A stretch of DNA of 64,000 nt from an uncultured Eubacteriales bacterium (GTDB lineage Bacteria; Bacillota; Clostridia; Christensenellales; CAG-917). Position numbers and translations under genes: made by a program. Position 1 is the first letter of the stretch. Each line of letters starts with the position of its first letter. Below, in pieces: positions 34,887 to 42,767 of this stretch. The DNA lies in NCBI GenBank assembly GCA_900547975.1, contig URIX01000003.1, positions 17,867-81,866 of the forward strand, given 5' to 3'. The notes beneath the pieces were generated by a model that saw only the letters and a program-made list of their open reading frames with translations, was not told where the DNA came from and ran no database searches.

Positions 34887-36578
34887 TTATTTCAAAGAAT
34901 CTTTGTATCTTTGCGCGTTTGCTTTCATCTCTTTTGCGTGCGGCACGGCGTATATAGAATAGTCGTTTCCGCCAATAAGTCTTGCCACCTCGTCCGTATC
35001 GTCTTTTAGCAAATCGACGTGAGTCAAAGTCTTGCCGTTTTCGGTGGACTTCGAGATGAGATAGTGATTGTCCGCCATAGAAGCGAGTGACGGCATATGC
35101 GTCACGGCAACGACCTGTCTTGCACGCGAGATATTACACATCTTTTCAGACACGACTTGAGAGATATTGCCCGAAATTCCGGTATCTATCTCGTCAAAAA
35201 CCATAGTGCCGATGTCGTCCACGCCTGCGAGAATGTTTTTGAACGCAAGCATAAATCTCGACATTTCACCGCCCGAAATTATCTTCGCAAGCGGCTTTAA
35301 CGGCTCTCCTACGTTTGGCGAAATCATAAACTCCACACTGTCCGCGCCGTTTGCGGATATTTGGTCAACGTCGTCGGTAGTTTCGATTTCGACTTTGAAC
35401 GTCGAACCGCCCATACCCAAATCGCAAAGTTCTTTCGTGATGTCTTTTTCAAACTTATCTGCGATTTTGCGTCTTTCCTGCGAGAGTTCCTTTGCGCTTG
35501 CAAACAACTTTTCGGCGGCAACTTTAATCTCTGTTTCGAGTCTCTCCACTCTTTCGGTTGCGTTCGATAGCGTTTGCGCTTCTTTCGTCGCTTCTTCGTA
35601 GAATTTTTGCAAGGATTCGTAACTTCCGCCGTATTTGCGCAAAATCGTGCGCACGACTTCGAGTCTTTCCTCTATCTGCTCTGCCGAGCGCGAATCGAAG
35701 TCGAGTTTTTGAAGCATATCCGAAAGAGTCTCGGATATATCCGTAATTTCAACCTTGCAAGAATCCAACCTATCCGCGATAGGCACGATGTTTTCGTCGT
35801 ATGAAGAAATGGTGTTCAAAAGCGAGTTTGCGTTCTTAATGGACGCGCTCACGCTTTGCGAATCGTATCCGTCCAAAAGGTTTTTCGCACCTTCGAGCGC
35901 GGATATGATTTTTTCCATATTGCGAATACGCTTGCGAGCGGAAAGAAGTTCGTCTTCTTCCCCGTCTTTTACGTCCGCTTTTTCGATTTCGTCAATCTGG
36001 AATGATAAAATATCGAGTTTTCTCTCTCTTTCGTCGGCGTTTCCGAATCTCAAAAACTCTTTTTTCAGCGACGTGTAATCGTCAAAATTCTTTTCGACTT
36101 CGCCCTTTACCGTCGCGATTTTCTTCTCGCCGAGTTTGTCGAGAAGTTTGATATGATTCGTGCTTTTAAGCAGCGATTGATGTTCGTGCTGACCGTGAAT
36201 ATCGACAAGAAGTTCCGTCAAACTTTTAAGTGCGGACAAAGTGGAAATTCTGCCGTTTATTCTACACTCGTTTTTGCCGTCCGCGCTCATTTTTCTGCGC
36301 AAAATAAGCACGTCTTCGGCTTCGATTCCCAAATCGTCGAGGCAATCCTTTATCGACGGCGTGAGATAATCCTCGAACACCGCCTCTACGCTTGCCTTGT
36401 CCGTACCGAAGCGAATGAGGGATTTGTCCGCGCGCTCGCCCAACACGAAATTGAGCGAGTCGATGATAATCGACTTACCTGCACCCGTTTCGCCGCTCAG
36501 AATATTCAAACCGTTTTTGAGTTCGAGTTCGAGTTTATCGATGAGCGCGATATTTTCGATTGAGAGTTGGCAAAGCAT
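34887..36578 (-). CDS. recN: DNA repair protein RecN
   Basis: LSGETGAGKSIIIDSL Walker A, SGGEMSRFMLAFK signature, long coiled-coil. Confidence 0.95.
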   Translation of the reverse strand: MLCQLSIENIALIDKLELELKNGLNILSGETGAGKSIIIDSLNFVLGERADKSLIRFGTDKASVEAVFEDYLTPSIKDCLDDLGIEAEDVLILRRKMSADGKNECRINGRISTLSALKSLTELLVDIHGQHEHQSLLKSTNHIKLLDKLGEKKIATVKGEVEKNFDDYTSLKKEFLRFGNADERERKLDILSFQIDEIEKADVKDGEEDELLSARKRIRNMEKIISALEGAKNLLDGYDSQSVSASIKNANSLLNTISSYDENIVPIADRLDSCKVEITDISETLSDMLQKLDFDSRSAEQIEERLEVVRTILRKYGGSYESLQKFYEEATKEAQTLSNATERVERLETEIKVAAEKLFASAKELSQERRKIADKFEKDITKELCDLGMGGSTFKVEIETTDDVDQISANGADSVEFMISPNVGEPLKPLAKIISGGEMSRFMLAFKNILAGVDDIGTMVFDEIDTGISGNISQVVSEKMCNISRARQVVAVTHMPSLASMADNHYLISKSTENGKTLTHVDLLKDDTDEVARLIGGNDYSIYAVPHAKEMKANAQRYKDSLK

Positions 36579-36622
36579 AATTCACCGCCTTCGAAAAATG
36601 TCAAAAAGCAATTCTTTCGCGA

Positions 36623-37093
36623 TTAATACAGTCTGTTCGCCTCGAGCAAATCTTCGAGACGTCTGCGTATCATATCGACGTGTTCGAGAGAATCCACCGC
36701 CACGAAAATCGTGTTGTCGCCCGCAATAACGCCGAGAACTTCGTCGTACGAAAGTTTGTCGATAAGTTCCGCGGCAGGGCCTGCGCTTCCCGTTTCGGTT
36801 TTGAGAACGATGAGATTGCCCGTACTCTTTATGGAAACGACCGTGTTTTTGAACATACTCAAAAATTTGTCTGCGGCACTTGCCTCTTTAGTTTGTTGCG
36901 CGGTGTATTTGTAATGCCTGCCGTCGCTCGAAAGAGTTTTGATAATGCCCATTTCCTTGATGTCGCGCGACACGGTGGCTTGGGTCACCGAAAAACCTTC
37001 GCTGCGAAGGTAATCCACAAGTTCTTCTTGCGTGTCGACGTCGTGTTTTGAAATGATGTCCAAAATTTTGAGTTGTCTGTTTGCTCTCGCCAT
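36623..37093 (-). CDS. argR: Arginine repressor
   Basis: RQLKILDIISKHDVDTQEELVDYLRSEGFSVTQATVSRDIKEMG winged-helix region; C-terminal GVIAGDNTIFV. Confidence 0.9.
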   Translation of the reverse strand: MARANRQLKILDIISKHDVDTQEELVDYLRSEGFSVTQATVSRDIKEMGIIKTLSSDGRHYKYTAQQTKEASAADKFLSMFKNTVVSIKSTGNLIVLKTETGSAGPAAELIDKLSYDEVLGVIAGDNTIFVAVDSLEHVDMIRRRLEDLLEANRLY

Positions 37094-37104
37094 AATATTT
37101 CACC

Positions 37105-37908
37105 TTATCCTCTGGGATCGACAAGACCCCATCTGTTCATTTTTTGAAGCAATTTCTTGAAGAAATTGTTATCTTTGGTTGCCAAAAACTTTACGTTTCG
37201 AGCAGATTTTTCAACGAAAACGCTCTTTTCGCCCTCGATATTCGCAACGTTCTCGCCGTCGGCGCATACGATTGCCTTTTCGTCTTTTGCAAGTCGCAGT
37301 TCGATTTTGGATTTCGCGTTCACGACGAGCGGACGGGAATGCAGCGAGTGCGCGCATATGGGGATAATCACAAGTGCGTCCACGTCGGGCGCAAGCACCG
37401 GACCGCCTGCCGAAAGCGAATACGCCGTAGAACCCGTCGGCGAAGATACGATTGCGCCGTCGCTGTGATATGAATCCACAAACTTTCCGTCAACGTAAAC
37501 GCCGATGTAAATCGGGCGCGAAGTCGCGCTTTTAAGCACGATTTCGTTTAACGCTTTGACGCAAAAATCATCGAATCGCACGTCGAGAATTGCTCTTTGT
37601 TCGATTTTGCCTTCGATGATTCCGTTTGCAATTTCGCTCGCCGAAGAATTTTTTTCAAACTGGGTCAAAAATCCGAGATTTCCGGTATTTACGCCGGTTA
37701 CGACGACATCTTCTCTGATGTTTTTCACCGCTTCGAGAACAGTGCCGTCCCCGCCGAAAACAATCAAATTTTTGCAATCGGACGGAATGTTTTTCCCGTC
37801 CTCAATCTCGAATACGTCAAATCTTTCGTCTGCTTTAAGAGAAGCGACGATGTCGTTCATTTCCTTGGAATATTCGGCTTTTGTGAAAATTGCGATTTTC
37901 GTTTTCAT
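37105..37908 (-). CDS. nadK: NAD kinase
   Basis: GGDGTVL and NTGNLGFL motifs. ATG at 37908 is preferred over the tracked TTG at 37914. Confidence 0.9.
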   Translation of the reverse strand: MKTKIAIFTKAEYSKEMNDIVASLKADERFDVFEIEDGKNIPSDCKNLIVFGGDGTVLEAVKNIREDVVVTGVNTGNLGFLTQFEKNSSASEIANGIIEGKIEQRAILDVRFDDFCVKALNEIVLKSATSRPIYIGVYVDGKFVDSYHSDGAIVSSPTGSTAYSLSAGGPVLAPDVDALVIIPICAHSLHSRPLVVNAKSKIELRLAKDEKAIVCADGENVANIEGEKSVFVEKSARNVKFLATKDNNFFKKLLQKMNRWGLVDPRG

Positions 37909-38075
37909 AATCAAGAGCCATTATACAACATCGAAAGTATTTATTCAAGTATAAAACAAAGTTTTATTGAATAATTGCATATTTTCGGCGAGTTTATGCA
38001 AAGCGGATTTTTGCGGCGATTTGCAACTTTGCCTCCATCGATTGACATATTTGCTCGCTTTTGTATAATTGAGGT

Positions 38076-38405
38076 ATGTTTAGTTTGGTTTTATCCATAT
38101 CCGAATTTGCAACAAAACTTGTTGCCGGACTGTCCGGCACTATTTTTGCGTTGCTGATTTTGGGACTCGTTATCGGCGCAAAAAAACGCGTTCCGAAGAA
38201 CATTAATCCCGACGAACTCAAACGCAAGGCAAAGGACGCGCCCGAAACCGAAAATACGGACAAGAAAGGCAAAAAATCCAAATCCGATAAATCGAAAATC
38301 AAAGCGGAATCAATCGAGAATAAACAAGATAAACCCGAAACGACAGCCGAAAACAAATCCGATAACGCCCAAAGCGAAAAGAAAGAAGCGGTCGACAAAA
38401 AATAA
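38076..38405 (+). CDS. Small membrane protein with a Lys/Glu-rich tail (109 aa); strand assignment tentative
   Basis: TM segment LSGTIFALLILGLVIGA, then KKRVPKNINPDELKRKAKDAPE...KKEAVDKK. The overlapping minus-strand ORF (37994-38467) is F/S/L-rich, as expected for the antisense of a Lys-rich gene. Confidence 0.4.
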   Translation: MFSLVLSISEFATKLVAGLSGTIFALLILGLVIGAKKRVPKNINPDELKRKAKDAPETENTDKKGKKSKSDKSKIKAESIENKQDKPETTAENKSDNAQSEKKEAVDKK

Positions 38406-38493
38406 AAGCAACCTATTATTATCGAAAACAGCAATAAAGCTAATAGCGGCAAATCGAAAAACGACATAAAAACGACGTCTCAAACCGACGTCG

Positions 38494-39204
38494 TTATTTT
38501 TTCATATAGAGCAAATATTCGATGTTTTTATTTTCGTAGCGTATGGGCGAAGTGGACAAATTCAGTATTTTGAAACCGACGTTTCGGGCGTATTCGGTGA
38601 CATTTTCCACTGCTTTTTTGCGCAATTTTTCGTCGGTTACGATACCGCTTTTATTGAGTGCGGATTTGTCGAGTTCAAATTGCGGTTTTATAAGCACGAC
38701 AGCCTCGCCGCCCGTTTTGAGCAAATCGAACATAGATTGCAAAACGTACGTCAAAGAAATAAAACTCACATCGCTGCAAAGAAAATCGACTTTTTCAAGG
38801 TTATGCGGCAATGCTCTTGCGTTCGCTTTCAAAAATTCGACCTTACCCGTTTCAAGAAGTTTTTTTTCGAGCGCACAGTCGGCGACGTCTACGGCAAGCA
38901 CGCGCTTTGCGCCGTGACGAAGCAGGCAATCGGTAAATCCGCCGTTCGAGCAACCTATATCCGCGCAGTATTTTCCCCCGACGTCAAGGTTGAAATCGCA
39001 AAACGCTTTTTCGAGTTTATACGCGCCTTGCGAAGCGTAATTCTCGTCGTTTACGATTTGCACGTCGTCGCTGTCCGACACGTCTGTCGAGGATTTTGAA
39101 ACAATTTTTCCGTTCAGAGTCACCCTGCCCGTTTTTATCATATTCTCGGCGTAAGTGCGCGATTTGAGATTGAATTTATCTTGAATGTACTTGTCGATTC
39201 TCAT
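38494..39204 (-). CDS. tlyA: TlyA-family rRNA 2'-O-methyltransferase (S4 + FtsJ domains)
   Basis: MRIDKYIQDKFNLKSRTYAENMIKTGRVTLNGK (S4 domain) and DIGCSNGGFTDCLL (SAM motif). ATG at 39204 is preferred over the tracked TTG at 39213. Confidence 0.88.
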   Translation of the reverse strand: MRIDKYIQDKFNLKSRTYAENMIKTGRVTLNGKIVSKSSTDVSDSDDVQIVNDENYASQGAYKLEKAFCDFNLDVGGKYCADIGCSNGGFTDCLLRHGAKRVLAVDVADCALEKKLLETGKVEFLKANARALPHNLEKVDFLCSDVSFISLTYVLQSMFDLLKTGGEAVVLIKPQFELDKSALNKSGIVTDEKLRKKAVENVTEYARNVGFKILNLSTSPIRYENKNIEYLLYMKK

Positions 39205-39209
39205 AAAAT

Positions 39210-40103
39210 TCAATCCTTGTCCGATTTGTCAGATTGTTCGCTTGCGTGTTTTTTCTCTTGTTGTTTTGCGATTTTGGCTTTCTTTCTAATTTTTCTCTCG
39301 TCTTTATTGAAGACGGCGAGAACGCGCGCCACGAACATAACGAAATCGCGCGAATTGTCGATTGCTATTTTTTTCATAAACGCTTTGCCGCCGATTGTCA
39401 TTGCCGAAACTATTGCGGAAATGACGATAGAAAGCACGATTTGCCACGTTTCGTTCAGCGAAACGGTGATTTTGACAACCAAAGCCGCCGAGCAAGCACC
39501 TGAAATAATGCTGAATATATCACCCACTATATCGTTGCAAACGCTGGACACGGTGTCGCTGTTTTTGGTGAGCCAAAGTGCGGTTTTTGCGCCGTACACC
39601 TTTCTCGAAGCCATAGAGATTATAGGCGTCGTGTCGCAAGAGGTCACGGCAACGCCGATTGCGTCGAACAATATACCCGACAAAATGAGGAATGCAAGCA
39701 AAATTATGACGACTACGAGTTGTTCGGAGTTAGACACGATTTCGCTCAAATACGAGAAAAACGCGGACAAAACAAGGGAAATTATCGTTGCCTTTATCCA
39801 CCAAAGATTGTGTTTTTTCTTTGACGTTTTCTTCTTTTTGTCTTCCTTTGCCGCGTCCTTTTTGTCCGATTTGTCGCCGTGTTTATTACTTGTCAAGTCG
39901 TGTTTCTGACTTGTCGACGCACAAACGATTTTGTCGATGTTCTTGCTTAAATCGGAATCAAAAACTCCGCTGACATTGCCGTCAACGCTTTGATTTTGAG
40001 TATCTGACGCGGTATTTTGAATATTAGATAAATTGTCGGCGCCGTCGGAAACGTTGCCCGACGGTGCGTCGCTTTGAGATTTATTATCAGTATGAGTCTG
40101 CAT
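39210..40103 (-). CDS. oapA: Polytopic membrane protein immediately downstream of the large ncRNA (candidate OLE-associated protein OapA)
   Basis: About 100-aa S/D/N/K-rich N-terminal region, then about 4 hydrophobic helices (WWIKATIISLVLSAFF..., VVVIILLAFLILSGILFDAIGVAV, VGDIFSIISGACSAALVV, IVLSIVISAIVSAMTIGG) and a basic tail. ATG at 40103 has GAGG 5 nt upstream. The assignment rests on position, not on a motif I can verify. Confidence 0.5.
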   Translation of the reverse strand: MQTHTDNKSQSDAPSGNVSDGADNLSNIQNTASDTQNQSVDGNVSGVFDSDLSKNIDKIVCASTSQKHDLTSNKHGDKSDKKDAAKEDKKKKTSKKKHNLWWIKATIISLVLSAFFSYLSEIVSNSEQLVVVIILLAFLILSGILFDAIGVAVTSCDTTPIISMASRKVYGAKTALWLTKNSDTVSSVCNDIVGDIFSIISGACSAALVVKITVSLNETWQIVLSIVISAIVSAMTIGGKAFMKKIAIDNSRDFVMFVARVLAVFNKDERKIRKKAKIAKQQEKKHASEQSDKSDKD

Positions 40104-40113
40104 ATGCACCTCA

Positions 40114-40703
40114 AAAAAATTCTATGTAATGGTGGCAACGCCTCGGGTAAACCTTGCGCCATAGGTTCGGTAGGTTTTCCCTGACTCAAAACTCGTCGTC
40201 GCCGTCCGAGAAGTTTCCTATCATATGAGTCATCTCAACGAGAAACCGAATCGCCACTTAGAGCACACTATAATCCCCGAGTCGCCTCGCAAGAACAGTC
40301 TAGAAGATTTCCTTGACAGATTCCGCCCGCCCTTATCTTTTTTTGCAAAGAGGATTTCACAAGGCGATCGCCCGTCGTTGTTGCGCAACGCCGACGAGCG
40401 TGGTTCCTTAATCCCTCCAAATCACTCAAAGCAGGCTACACTGTACACAGCGCAGTTGCACCGCATATCAGGTTTAACCCCGGTCAGTAGACGATTTTGC
40501 GCGACTACCGAGTCGGGTCTCCACGGAAATTGGGTCGGGTTTCGTATGCCGTTACAAGCCGCCCAAAGTCCTTAACTCCCAGCAACAGCCCCGATTTGGG
40601 CAAAAGAAGCCATCACCAGAAACTTCATCGATATGCCCTTCGGCGATATTTTACCCCCGCCTCCGAGTCGGTGGAATCTGACTAGAATACTGCACCACCA
40701 TTT
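40114..40703 (-). ncRNA. ole: Large structured non-coding RNA, about 590 nt, interpreted as OLE (ornate, large, extremophilic) RNA
   Basis: No credible ORF on either strand and GC-richer than its flanks. Many short complementary segments; CGACUCGG occurs three times. Own promoter directly upstream. Sits upstream of a membrane-protein gene followed by tlyA-nadK-argR-recN, the neighbourhood known for ole-oapA in Firmicutes. Ends are approximate. Confidence 0.55.
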
Positions 40704-40709
40704 GATTAT

Positions 40710-40737
40710 ATTATACCGAAAATATGAAATATGTCAA
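40710..40737 (-). promoter_or_regulatory. Near-consensus sigma-A promoter for the large ncRNA
   Basis: Minus strand: TTGACA (40737-40732), 16-nt spacer, TATAAT (40715-40710). It starts 1 nt after the recG stop codon. Predicted start is near 40703. Confidence 0.6.
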
Positions 40738-40738
40738 C

Positions 40739-42766
40739 TCAACTGTTGAGCGTGACCGAATTTATTGCGTCCAAAAACGCGTTGATTCTGGATTTCGACG
40801 TCCTTGTGAGAGCCAAAAGTTCGTTTAAGGAAAGATTTGAAAGGTATTTATCGGCGTATTCCTTTGCGTTCGACAAAATTTGCGCGTTGACTTCGAGCGA
40901 AAACATAGGCGTTAATGAGCGACCGCTCTGTTTTACGCCCAAAAAGTCGCCTGCGCCGCGCATTTCGAAGTCCACTTCGGCAAGATATTGACCGTCGTTT
41001 GACTTTTCAAGCGTTTGAAGCCTCTCGATTGCCTTTTCGCCTTTGTTTGAGGAATGTAATATGCAATGCGCTTCGCTTCCGTCTCTGCCCACTCTGCCTC
41101 GAAGTTGGTGCAACGACGAAAGTCCGAATCTGTCCGCATTCAAAATGAGAATTTCCGTTGCCTTGGTGTCAATGCCTACCTCTATCACGCTCGTTGCTAC
41201 CAAAAGCCTCGTATTGCCTTGCGAAAACTCGAACATAGCGCGTTCTTTTTCCTCGTTTTTGAGTTTTCCGTGAATGACGGAAACGGCAAAATCATTGAAT
41301 AGATTGCCGAAATCGCGCATAAAACTCTCAATCGACATAAGGTTGTTGCCCTCTGCGTCGAATATGGACGGACAGACGATAAACGCTTGTTTGCCCTCTT
41401 TGAGTTTGCGCACGATAAACTCTACGGACGATTGCAAATCTTCGTATACCGTCGTTTCGACGTTCGTCTGCGCTTCCGCTCGCTTTTCTATGCGTGAAAT
41501 GGCAATATCCTCGTAAAAAGTTAGTGCCATCGAGCGCGGAATAGGCGTTGCGGTGAGGCTCAACACGTCGCACGCACCCTTTCTTTCCAACTTTGCCCTG
41601 TCGTTTACGCCGAATCTGTGTTGCTCGTCTATAACCGCCAAAGCGAGATTTTTGTATTCAACGTCGTCGGACACAAGCGAATTTGTGCCGATAACGCATT
41701 GATAATATCCGTTTTTAAGTCCTGCAAGCACGTTCTTTCTCTCGCTTTGCGTGCAAGAACTCGTAAGCAATGCAAATCTTATACCCATTGCCCTTGCCAC
41801 ATTCGCAAACTTTTTTGCGTGTTGAGTTGCAAGTATTTCGGTGGGTGCCATAAGCGCGGCTTGTTTTCCGCCTTTTGCCGCCGCACACATCGCAAAAAAT
41901 GCAACGGCGGTTTTTCCGCTTCCCACGTCGCCGCTTATTATCCTCGACATATATTCGTTTGAGCGCATATCCGACATAATATCTTCAAACGCTTGCGCTT
42001 GCGAGTCTGTCGGGGCGAATGAAAGCGTATTTACATAGTCAACTATTCTAAAATTGTCGAAATTATAAAATACTTTTCTCGATTTTTGAGCGTTATTGCG
42101 CAATTTTCGGTATATTGAAAGCACGATTGCAAGGTCGAGCGAAGCAAGAGAATCTATCGCCCTTTCGGCAAGATTTATGCTTGCAGGTCTGTGCGCCGCC
42201 TCGAAACACAATGCAAAATCCTTGTTGATTTTGGCAAGACTACCCTCGTACGTTGCGCCTTTCACGCTGTCGAGCGCAGAGTAAACGATATTCTTAAAAG
42301 CATTCTGCCCAATCGTCGAGCCGAGCGGATAAAGCGTGTATATGCCGTCGAGTTTTGAAATCTTTTCGATTTTTTCAAGCGAAGGATTTACGACGGTGAG
42401 CGAGCCTTGATCGTTTGAAAGCCTCGTGAGCATTCTGTACGACTGCCCGACTGAAAATCCGTCGTGTAAGAACGGCATATTGTAAAACATCGCCTTGAAA
42501 TATATTCTGTTGTTTGCAAGATTGTCGCTGAATATGACGAAAAAGGACTTCGTTTTCGAGCGAGTCACGCTCGATACGCTCTCCACTCTGCCTTCGAGCA
42601 ACACGAGTTGCCCCGCCTGCGCGTCGACAACTTTGATAGGACTTTTTAGGTCTATGTACTTGCGAGGCAAAAAAGAAAAGACCTCGAATACGGAATGTAT
42701 GTCAAGGTCGTTAAGTTTTTTTATCGTTGCGTCACCGACGCCTTTTACATCGCGCAACGAAAGCAT
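40739..42766 (-). CDS. recG: ATP-dependent DNA helicase RecG
   Basis: GDVGSGKTAVA, DEQHRFG, LHQLRGRVGR. Confidence 0.95.
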   Translation of the reverse strand: MLSLRDVKGVGDATIKKLNDLDIHSVFEVFSFLPRKYIDLKSPIKVVDAQAGQLVLLEGRVESVSSVTRSKTKSFFVIFSDNLANNRIYFKAMFYNMPFLHDGFSVGQSYRMLTRLSNDQGSLTVVNPSLEKIEKISKLDGIYTLYPLGSTIGQNAFKNIVYSALDSVKGATYEGSLAKINKDFALCFEAAHRPASINLAERAIDSLASLDLAIVLSIYRKLRNNAQKSRKVFYNFDNFRIVDYVNTLSFAPTDSQAQAFEDIMSDMRSNEYMSRIISGDVGSGKTAVAFFAMCAAAKGGKQAALMAPTEILATQHAKKFANVARAMGIRFALLTSSCTQSERKNVLAGLKNGYYQCVIGTNSLVSDDVEYKNLALAVIDEQHRFGVNDRAKLERKGACDVLSLTATPIPRSMALTFYEDIAISRIEKRAEAQTNVETTVYEDLQSSVEFIVRKLKEGKQAFIVCPSIFDAEGNNLMSIESFMRDFGNLFNDFAVSVIHGKLKNEEKERAMFEFSQGNTRLLVATSVIEVGIDTKATEILILNADRFGLSSLHQLRGRVGRDGSEAHCILHSSNKGEKAIERLQTLEKSNDGQYLAEVDFEMRGAGDFLGVKQSGRSLTPMFSLEVNAQILSNAKEYADKYLSNLSLNELLALTRTSKSRINAFLDAINSVTLNS

Positions 42767-42767
42767 T

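Noticed and set aside
37994-38467. 157-aa minus-strand ORF between nadK and tlyA
   Set aside because: Its F/S/L-rich low-complexity sequence is what the antisense of a Lys/Glu-rich gene produces. I kept the + strand ORF instead, at low confidence.
40110-40703. tmRNA, because CCACCA-like strings occur near both ends of the ORF-free region (ctgcaccacca on +, gttgccacca on -)
   Set aside because: There is no GGTTCGA-type T-arm next to either CCACCA, and no tRNA-like acceptor pairing with a 5' GGGG end. No tag reading frame ending in a hydrophobic ..LAA-type peptide is present. At about 590 nt it is also far longer than the 350-400 nt of a tmRNA.
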